From the NCBI GenBank assembly GCA_973895155.1, contig OZ316897.1, positions 2,111,312-2,175,311 of the forward strand: DNA of 64,000 nucleotides, given 5' to 3'. The notes under the pieces were generated by a model. That model searched no databases. It worked only from the letters and a program-made list of their open reading frames with translations, and was not told the origin of the DNA. Each line of letters begins with the position of its first letter. Within the stretch, counting starts at the first letter, position 1. This DNA comes from Marsupella aquatica (Eukaryota; Plantae; Marchantiophyta). The position numbers and the translations under genes are program-made. Shown one piece after another: positions 25,233 to 35,244 of this stretch.

Positions 25233-25379
25233 CTGACACAATATGTGAGGTAATGTAATAGTTTACCAGTGACACAAACACTTCTTCTTGAGGCTTTAGC
25301 AATATTCGAAGAAATTATTTTCTAGTCTATTGGCTTAAGAGATACTTGTTCATGTTTTGAGCCCATAATTTTGCTCTCA

Positions 25380-28340
25380 TCCTAGTATTTAACCTAGCTT
25401 TGGACCCTTGTCTGAAAATGCCAATAATTAAATCCTTGATTTTTTTTCATAAATTTGCATCCAAGACTAAGCATGCCTGGTATTTTGATTCCAAATCCAC
25501 TCTCACAATGTTGGTTTGAAATTTCCTTGGCGAGTTGTGGTGGGGCAAGTTGATTCAAGTCCTTTATATTTTGTTATAATGGTCCTCCTATTTACCCTAA
25601 CTTTGGACCCTAACTAGCTTGTCTCAAAAAAATGACAAGAACAAATCCTCAATATTTTGTTGTGTATTTATAGCATAGACTGAGCCCAATATTGTGATTC
25701 AAAATCCACTTACACTTTGAAGGTTGAATCTTTCCTAATGGTGGTGGTGGAGCAAGTTTGTGATCTACCTTTGTATTTTTTGTCATGGTAGTCCCATTTA
25801 CCCTACCTTTGGACCCTTGACTTGGACAATGTCAAGAAATAAATCTTCATTAATGTAATGTGTCTTTACACCCTAGACTAAGCCCAGGACCAAGCTTGAC
25901 CTGGTGATTCCAACTTTGCTCTCACTTTGTGGGTTCCATCTTTCTTTGCTCACTTGTTTGGTGGAGCTAGTTTCTTTATCGTCCTAAGTTGTATTTTTGT
26001 TATTTACTCTAAGTGACCCTAGCTTTAGACCCAACCTAGCCTGAAGAAACCAGATCCTCATAACTTGTTTATGTTGTACACCCTCCATTTACAATGATTG
26101 TTGTCATTGGACAAACTCTCACTTTGTTGGTTTCACCTTTTTTAAGTCACTTCTGTAGTGGAGCAAGAGTATTCAATTCATTTCTATATTTTGCTCTAGG
26201 AGAGCTTATTGTCCTTTAGGCCCTTGTCTCAAAATGCCAAGCGTCAAATCCTCATAATTTTGTCACAAGTTCACACCCTGGACTAAGCATGGTATTTTCA
26301 TTCATAATCTGCCTGTCACATTGTTGGTTTGACATTTTCTTGGTCAGTTGTGTGGTGGATCAAGTTTGTTCTCATCCTTTGTATTTTGGATATGATCTTC
26401 TCATTTACCCTACCTTTAGACCTTGATTGAGCAAAATCCCAAGATACAAATCCCCATTATTTTGTTGAGTATTTACACCCTTAGTAGACTGAGCCTGGCT
26501 TGGCTCATTCCAAATCCACTCTCACTTTGCTGGTTCAGCATTTTCTTGGCCAGTTATGTGGTGCACCAAGTAGGTCCAAGTCCTTTGTATACTTGTCATG
26601 GTCTTCCCATTTAACCCTAACTTTGACCGTTATTTTAAGAAAATGCCAAGACACAAATCCTCAAAATTTATTTGTGCTTTTCACCATATGCTTAGACTAA
26701 TTATATTGTGATCAGATATCTGCTCACTTTGTTGGTTTCATTTTTCCTTAGCCATTTGTGTGAGGGAGCATGTTTGTTCAACTCCTTTGTAATTTGGTTA
26801 TGATGCTCTCATTTACCCTAGCTTTGGAACCTTGTTTCAAGTAAATGTCAAAATACAAATCCACCTAGTTTCTCCATTTATTTACACCCTTGATTGAGCC
26901 TGGTCCTGTGATTTCAAATCCACTCTCATTTTGCTGGTTGCAGATTTTCTTGCTAAGTCATGGAATGGAGTGAGTTTGTTCAAGTCCTTGTTAATTGTGT
27001 TATAGTTCTCCTATAATTTACCCTATTTGACTTTGGACTCTTGTCAGATTAGGGAAATGCCAAAACACAAATGTTCATTATTTGTTTTTGTATTTAAACC
27101 TTAGGCTGAGCCTCATATTGTGAATCAAAATTGTTGATTTTCATTTTTGTTCTTTAGTCAATTGTGTGGGGGAACAAGTTTGTTCTTATCCTTTGTATTA
27201 TTTTTCATTTTGATCTTCCCATTTACCCTAGCTTTGGAGCCTTGTTAGAAATGTCAAGATACAAATTCACATAATTTCTCCATTTATTTACACCTTTGAT
27301 TGAATCTGGTTTGGTGATCTCAAACCCACTTTTATTTTGCTGGTTGCACATTTTCTTGGGCAGTTGTGGGATGGAGCTCGCTCATTTAAGTCCTTGGTAT
27401 TTGTGTTATGGTTCTCCCATTTACCCTACTTGACTTTGGGCCTTTGTCATAGAAAAATGCCAAGAAACAAATGCTCATGGTTTTTTTTTTGCATTTACAC
27501 CTCATGCTGAGCCTCATAATGTGAATCAAAATCAGTTCTCCCTTCGTTGATTTCATTTTTCCTTAGTTAGCTATGTGAGGGAGCAAGTTTGTTCACGTTC
27601 TTTGTATTTTGGTAATGATCCTTCCATTTACCCCACTTAACTTTGGAGCCTTGTCTAAGAAAAATGCCAAGAAACAAATTCACATGATTTATTTGTGTAT
27701 TTACCCCTAAGGCTAAAGCCTGATATTGTGATTTGAAATGTGCTCTCACTTTATTGGTTTCATTTTTAGTTATTTTTAGTTATGTAGGGGAGAAAGTCAT
27801 TTGTATTTTGGTTAATATGAGCTTCCCATTTACCTTAGCTTTGGATCTTTCTTTCAAAAAAATGTCAAGAAGCAAATTAACATAACTTTTTACACCCTAG
27901 ATTTAGTGGGCCTTGGTGATTCCAAATTTGCTCCCACTTTGCTGTCAGTTTGACATTTCTTTGGCCAATTGTGTGGTGGTGCAGGTCAATTCAAGTCCTT
28001 TGCATTTTTGTTGTGCTCTTCCCATTTACCCTAGCTGTGGACCATTGTCTTAATAAAATGCTGAGAAACAAATCGTCATATTTTCTTTGTGTATTTACAC
28101 CATAGAGCGATACCCAAATGTGTTCAAGTTGTTTGTATTTCTAAACAGTGTTGGTATTTACTCTAGTCTGGACCCCTTTGAAAGAAATTGCCAAATAATA
28201 AATGCTGATAGTTTCTTTGTGTATTTTTTAAGAGACACAGCATGACCGACCTTGTGATCGCAAATTGGTCCTGACTTTGGTGGTTCTACCTTTCCTTGAA
28301 CTGTTGTTGTTGTGGAGCAAGTATGTTGAAGCCTTAGTTA
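25380..28340. repeat. Degenerate tandem array, ~200-206-bp unit, about 14 copies, CpG-poor
   Basis: Anchor TTTACCCTA.CTTTGGA recurs at ~25389, 25591, 25797, 26015, 26404, 26611, 26812, 27017, 27222, 27420, 27627, 27829 and 28025. Each is followed by AAATG(C/T)CAAG..ACAAAT and GGAGCAAGTTTGTTC motifs. Confidence 0.88.
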
Positions 28341-29242
28341 CGCCTTTTTTTCTATGGTGATGGTTAGTCATAAAATGTGGTTAAGGTTAATGTTTACAAA
28401 ACTAGCTTGTTTATCAATTAGTTATGAATTAAAGTGTCAATGGACCAGGGTAGTATGAACAAAGTATCAGGAGGGTTTGATGTGAAAGGGGTTCCAAGAA
28501 ACACAGATAGATAGCGATAGACCACATTATCCTTACCAGAATAAAAGTTTTTTTTTTTAATAAAATGAGTTAAGTTCATATAGTCATCTGGGCAAAGCAT
28601 TTAAGTGCATGAGTTTTAATTAGTTCCTATTTATTCCCTATTTAGAAATTGGATAATTAGTTTTTCAATGTGTACAGTAGTTTGTTCAACGAATCACTTC
28701 CCCCCCCAAAAAAAACTCCCGCTTGAAAACTATTGCATGTTTCTCTCTTGAGAATGAAAACCATTTTTTAGTTCTCTAAAATAAAATAAAACCTTGGTGG
28801 TGGTGTATATTTTGTGTGTTATTTTTTCTGGATGTGCATTGTTTTTTGGGGTGACTTTTTCGGGAGAAGGTATTTTTTCCGTGAAATTTGTTCTCCCTTC
28901 AAAATGCTCCATTTTTGTTATTCCCCTAACTATCATTTGGAGTAAAACTTTTTACTTTCTCCAATATCTCAAAATTAATTTTCTCTGTAGAATTTTTTGA
29001 ATTTTTTGCTCTTTATTGAATGCTTCAAATATTTCTCACCTTATAATATTTCCAATTTTTTCCAATGTTGTGTTTGAGAAGAAAAATTATAATTACACTA
29101 TGTAGTGACCCATTTGATTATTTTTACGCATTACTAGTTATGTAATTCTGTTTTTCTCCCTTTATCTTTCAGTTCCGAATACTCTCTTTTCAGACTCTTT
29201 TCCGCAGATATTTTCTCTCGGTTCAACTTTTTAGCCGATTTT

Positions 29243-29268
29243 CTCCCCGCAACATTTCAAACACCGTA
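29243..29268 (-). repeat. Right terminal inverted repeat
   Basis: CTCCCCGCAACATTTCAAACACCGTA, immediately followed by the TSD TGCTGA. Confidence 0.95.
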
Positions 29269-29318
29269 TGCTGACAGATATGCAAGTTAAATATACCACA
29301 AGTTAATGTGCTCAGTAC
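29269..29318. repeat. Continuation of the interrupted 52-bp minisatellite copy
   Basis: TGCTGACAGATATGCAAGTTAAATATACCACAAGTTAATGTGCTCAGTAC completes the unit broken at 5341. Confidence 0.95.
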
Positions 29319-30612
29319 ACCAAAACATAAACCATTACTTTATATTTATGATCTACAAACTTTGAATGGAAACCATAACATAAACCAATACTTTATATAC
29401 ATGATCTACAAACCACATCTATATTCTTGATCTATAAACTAACTGATTTGACCTACATGTGTCTTGGTTTATGTTCTGGTTGTATGGTTGACTTAGATTT
29501 AATGCGCGGGTCTGACAAATGCCTAGATGTCCTTCCTTTGTGATCATTATGATTATCTGATCCAGAGAACAGGGAAAAGAAATTCAAGCACATAAAACTC
29601 CATACCTTTATGACTACAAGACTTTTCCCCATGTCATTTTTCTAGTAGACAATTATTTAGCTTCTAAACAATGTGAATTCCCTTAAAGAAAGTGGTGGAA
29701 CTCTCATAATGACTTTGACACATAAGTCGCTCATCACCATAACTTCATAATTAGTCAAAACTTAGATGTAGTTTAAAGGGGAGGGGTTGGCATTATCTTG
29801 AAGTGCTTGTTCCTCTACCTCCATGGATTTTTCTCAAATTTATTGGACGAGTAAGCTTAGGGTTTAAGTATCCCTCGTGTATGAAAAATTAATTTAATAT
29901 AATTTGGATATAAGGATAAGACAACATATTCTAACAAAGGATGTGTAAGATTGAAATATAAATATAGACCTAGAGAGGGAGTCTAAAAAAACAAAAATTA
30001 AAAACATTAAGAGGGGGTACTTATAATATCAAGTTCAATGATACAAAGGATTCACCGTGTCTAAATAAATTGAAACCATCATACATATATAAATATCAAC
30101 AAGACAAAGTGACCTTGGGCTCCCAAACAAGGTAACACCAGAATTTATCCCAATAGAGATTGACAAAAATGACCCTTGTTACCCCGCTCATTGCTCATTA
30201 ATTGATTTCAGCAGCCAAATTTATATCGCCAAGCCTTGAAGTAGGGTAGTGCACTCAGTAATTCTAAAGGCTTCCCTATGAGTTTCCTACTAGTTCAAGG
30301 TGTAGATGTTAGTCTTGACAAGGCTGGATGAAAAGAGTGGCCCTCATTTGCTAACAGAACATATTTTATTTTGTAGCCAACTCCCAAGCCAACTCGAGTG
30401 GCTTGGCTCAATGGTTAGCACACTTGGGTGGACCTGGGTTTCGCATGGCTAAGCCCTGATTCTTACCTGTGGGTTGTCCCAGCCTCCTGGCATTCCTCTT
30501 ATGGATGGATGAATGGACTGAATTGTAGTGCTGGTAGTGCTTTCACTAGCTTGTTCACAATCCATAGGCATCAAAGAGGGAGAGATGACAATTATCCTAG
30601 TATTATTAGATG

Positions 30613-30720
30613 TGTTAGACTCTACCTTGACCGGATGACTGGATCAGCCGGTCATCCCGGCACCACTATATGTATCCTTACCCAGACTATACAGACACAG
30701 ATATTCATTCTCATCAAACA
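30613..30720 (+). repeat. 5' LTR (108 bp)
   Basis: TGTTAGACTC...CATCAAACA, with internal hairpin GGATGACTGG-ATCAG-CCGGTCATCC. Confidence 0.95.
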
Positions 30721-31922
30721 CGTTATCAGCACGAGGACTTACCAGCGGAGCCAAGAAAGAAAGGAGAAGACCATGGAAGATTGAAATTTTTTAAAGGTTG
30801 AAAAGGAGAATCGAGAAGAAAACCCATGGCGAATTGAGTAAGGATCGAGTAAGAAGAAATTAGAGAGACCCAGCCAGAAGCATATGAAAATTAATAAGGC
30901 GGAAGCAGCAGAAACGCACTGATTCATAAGGACACCTAGAAGCGAAAAGATCGATGCGGATCAAGAACACAATAAGGAGATGCATGTTGAGAAGAAAATT
31001 GATCAGAACAGCATCGACAACTGAGAATTGAAAAGAGTCCAATCGAAATCACCTTCTGAAGAGAAAGAATGGACGAGAGGCACTGTGAGGACCGATCCCT
31101 CAAGAAAATTATTGTGAGAAGAAAAAGAGGCAACGGGACCCATTCATCGAATCGAAACTGCAGCATATCGATCATAAGCAGTTAACAACCGGGGCAGCAA
31201 GGAGGCAGATTAACAAAGTAAAAGAGAAAACTTTAGAAGCAGAAACTGATCGAAGCCACAAACAGAAAGAGAGCACAAATCGTTGCAGAGGCCGATTGGA
31301 ATCTAAAGGACAAGCGCAAACCCCTGGAAACCTGATCGAACAACGGCAGCAGATAGAGGAAGAGAGCTCGAAGTTGAAGCGGAGGCACTGAGATTCGAAA
31401 GGGTGAGAGAGAGGTAGCCACCACCTCAATCCCCATAAGGACAACACACAGGATTGGAACCTGAGAAAAAAGCAAAACGATTAGAAGAGGACAAAAACCA
31501 AAGAATTGAAGCAGTAACAGTCACGGAAGGCCGGAGCTACAGCAAAGACCGCAGAGGAGCTTGGAAGGAGGTCGTTGAAATCAAAATTTCGCAACATCAA
31601 TCAAAAAACGCCGAGAAACCGTCGCTAAGTGCAAAACCCTCTTTAAGTGCAAAATCCGTCAAAGAGATTTCAGTTACAAAGGGAAAGTTGCACTTAACCA
31701 TAACTGCAAAACCTAAGCGCACATCCGCATAACTGCACACCGTAACCAAGAAAAATTTACTTTACAAAGCCGCATGTGCACTTAACCAAGGCACGAGTAT
31801 ATTACCACCCATAACTGCACAAACTGCACAATTCCATTACTGCACAGTTTAACAAAGGAAAAAGAAAATACGAAGGAAACTTTGCAGTTAACCAAATAGC
31901 AAGGAAAACCTAAATCTTAAGT

Positions 31923-34825
31923 GCAGATGTTTGCGGGCCAATTAACCCACCGAGCGGACCATTCCGCTACTTTATGGTATTAATCGATGCATCAACTAAA
32001 TGGTCAAATGTGACACTGCTTTCAACGAGGAACATGGTTATACCTTGTATTTTGGTGCAATCCTGCGCGTGAAAGCACAATTCCCCGACCACCCCATTAA
32101 GACACTAAGGGTAGACAATGCAGGGGAATTCACATCCAAAACATTTGATGACTTTTGCACATCACTTGGCATAGACATACAATATCCTGTACCTCACGTG
32201 CATTTTCAGAACGGATTAGCTGAAGCGGTCATTAAACGCCTTCAGTTAATTGCACGCCCATTACTAATGCAGTCAAAACTCCCCGTCTCAGCATGGGGAC
32301 ACGCCATATTACAGGCTAATGCATTAATCCAATACCGCCCATCGGCCTTTAATACCTATAGCCCATACCAAATTGCTAATGGTATTAAACCTGACCTATC
32401 ACATCTTCGTTCATTTGGATGTCAAGTAATGGTCCCCATTACTCCACCCAAACGAACCAAGATGGGACCCCAACGATAGTTGGGGATATACATCGGATTC
32501 GACTCTCCGTCCATAATCCGATATATAGAGCCTACAACTGGCGATGTTTTTAAATCTAGATTCCTAGATTGCCATTTTGACGAACATGTTTATCCACAGT
32601 TAGTAACCCCTGAACACCCACAACCACCTTTGGAGTGGAAAAGACACTCGCCATTTTGGCAAGACCTTAGAACGAATCAAGGGGAGAAAGAAGTTCAAAG
32701 AATTCTGCAACTCCACAAGATTGTGGAAGAACTTCCTGACGCTTTCGTTGACACATCACAACTTACCCGCTCACATATTCCAGCTGCGAGAGCATCTGTC
32801 CGCATCGAATTATCAAATGAGCCAGCAAGTACATCCCAACCTCGTGCAAAACGAGGTAGACCCTTGGGATCAAAAGATAAACAACCACGAAGGCGTGGTT
32901 CATCTATACCACCTTCACCTGATGTCGATCATACCGAATCCACAACTCATGAAGAAATTTCTATCCACTACGCACACACCGGTACGATGTGGGATAGAAA
33001 TACTACTTCCATAGATGATGCTTTTGCATTAATGGTGGCAACACATATCACTGATGATACACCCGAACCAATATCTATCTTAGAATGCCAAAACAGACCA
33101 TATTGGCCCGAATGGCAAAAAGCTATAAATGGAGAATTAGATTCCCTACTCAGCAGACACACTTTTGGCCCAGTCGAGCCAACACCGCAAGACGTACACC
33201 TAATTGGCTACAAGTGGACATTTGTCCGAAAAAGAAATGATAAAGGCCAAGTTGTACGCTACAAAGCACGTCTGGTAGGGAAAGGATTTACACAACAATC
33301 GGGAATTCATTACGATGAAACCTATTCACCGGTTATGGATAGCACAACATTCCGATACCTTATCGGATTTGCCATTTTCCATCAATTACAGATGCGACAA
33401 CTAGATGTCGCAACCGCATATCTATATGGAACTTTAGACACTTGTCTATACATGCGATCACCCCCCGAGTTGGAGCAACGTCGCCGAGCTTTGGCTCAAG
33501 GCGCCAAATCGCATATTCCATATTTACATAAGATTATAACACAATTATCTCAAGTTACACCTCATGTGTCATCTACACATGTAACTCATAATAACGACAC
33601 TGCTGTGTCAACCATACGGAATACTCGCCGCGGACTAGCTATCCGCGTGTTGAAGGCATTATATGGCCTGAAACAAAGTGGCAGAGTATGGTATCAAAGA
33701 TTTACTGATGAAATGATTGCCATGGGTTTTTCCCATGATGCCATTACACCATGTTTATTTATTAAACATGTGGATGATGAATATGTCATCGTTTCTATTT
33801 ATGTTGATGACTTAAATATATTTGGGACACCCCAATTGACAGAAGATACTATTACTAGTCTTAAATCCACATTTGAGATGAAAGACCTTGGACATACAAA
33901 CTTTTGCTTAGGCTTACAACTAGAGATCCTACCCACTGGCATGATGCTCCATCAGACAACACAAACGGAAAAGATCCTAAAACAGTTCAATATGAACCTA
34001 GCACACCCATTGACGTTACCAATGGTTGTACGTTCATTAGAAAACAACACTGATGTTTTTCGCAAGCGCGAAGAACATGAACCCATATTAGGACCAGAAA
34101 CTCCATATCTTTCTGCGATAGGAGCATTAATGTACCTAGCAAATCAGACCAGATCAGACATTGCATTTGCAGTTAACTTACTAGCCAGACATAGTGCAAC
34201 TCCCACAGCCAGACACTGGAACGGAGTTAAGCACGTATTTAGATATCTACGTGGAACCATCGATACCGGGTTATTTTACCCATTCGGTGCAAACCATGAG
34301 CTCATAGGATACGCGGATGCCGGATATCTCTCCGACACTGATACCGCAAAATCCCAAACTGGATATGTTTTTACCATAGGGGGTACCGCTTTTTCTTGGA
34401 AAAGCGCGAAACAGACCCTAACAGCAACCTCATCGAATCACTCAGAAATATTAGCTCTACATGAGGCTAGTCGTGAAGCCGTTTGGTTACGATCCTTTAT
34501 AAACCACATCAACACCAAATGCGGCCTACCACCACTAACGAAGCCTACTAACATTTTTGAGGATAACGCAGCATGTATACAGCAGATCACAAAAGGATTC
34601 ATCAAAGGCAATCGCGTGAAGCATATAGCTCCGAAGTTTTTCTACACCCACGAGTTACATGGAAAAGAGATCAATATTTTGCAGATTTCAAGTGCAGACA
34701 ACTGTGCGGATCTCTTCACCAAATCACTATCGCCATTGGTTCATCACCGACACTGCCAGGCGATTGGACTACGGAGCGTGCGACGCATGATGACCATGGA
34801 GGCTGCTACTCCACATGATACTTGA
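31923..34825 (+). pseudogene. Copia pol remnant (integrase, reverse transcriptase, RNase H) with a frameshift near 32040-32060 and an in-frame TAG at 32477-32479
   Basis: Integrase: ADVCGPINPPSGPFRYFMVLIDAS, RVDNAGEF, QNGLAE. RT: YKARLV, ALYGLKQSGRVW, YVDD. RNase H: GYADAG, FEDNAAC, KHIAPKFF, ADLFTK. Confidence 0.93.
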
Positions 34826-35136
34826 TGATGCTGACGACATGCTGTTGACGACCGACTGATGAAACAGATGTTAAAGCTAGATTTACTATAGCATCTAACT
34901 TTATTTTATATTGACATTTATTACGACGAGGACTGTTAGGTTGCACTCTTTTTCCTTTAGCACTCATATTTTTCTCTGCTACACTGGTAGAGTTTTTACT
35001 AAGCTAGAGTTGATAAAGGTTTTTTAACGAGGTAGTCTACCTCGCTTGTACTTATATCATGTATTTTCTTTGAACATGATATAATAGGTATAATCTATGT
35101 TGTCTATATAGTTGTCACTATATATCCAAAGGGGAG

Positions 35137-35244
35137 TGTTAGACTCTACCTTGACCGGATGACTGGATCAGCCGGTCATCCCGACACCACTATATGTATC
35201 CTTACCCAGACTATACAGACACAGATATTCATTCTCATCAAACA
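35137..35244 (+). repeat. 3' LTR (108 bp)
   Basis: Identical to the 5' LTR except CCCGGCACC vs CCCGACACC. Confidence 0.95.

Larger units (their letters stand above)
5342..29268 (+). mobile_element. 23.9-kb IS3EU-like DNA transposon with HECT and TET/JBP-like cargo
   Basis: TIRs match at 25/26 positions and the termini are TAC...GTA. The 6-bp TSD TGCTGA is at 5336-5341 and 29269-29274. An integrase-type DDE transposase lies inside. TAY..RTA ends with a 6-bp TSD fit the IS3EU superfamily as I recall its definition. Confidence 0.9.
30613..35244 (+). mobile_element. Ty1/Copia LTR retrotransposon, Bianca-like lineage, internally deleted (no gag or protease)
   Basis: 108-bp TG..CA LTRs at 30613-30720 and 35137-35244 differ by one base. 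5-bp TSD AGATG at 30608-30612 and 35245-35249. PBS CGTTATCAGCACGA at 30721-30734. PPT AAAGGGGAG at 35128-35136. Domain order INT-RT-RNaseH. Confidence 0.95.

Noticed and set aside
5342-29268. Polinton/Maverick (size ~24 kb, 6-bp TSD, integrase)
   Set aside because: No protein-primed PolB, packaging ATPase, protease or capsid ORFs were seen. The TIRs are short and start TAC rather than AG, and the genes are intron-rich.
30739-31732. Short ORFs in the Copia leader as gag
   Set aside because: No CCHC zinc knuckle or D(S/T)G protease motif; the sequence is purine-biased and non-coding.
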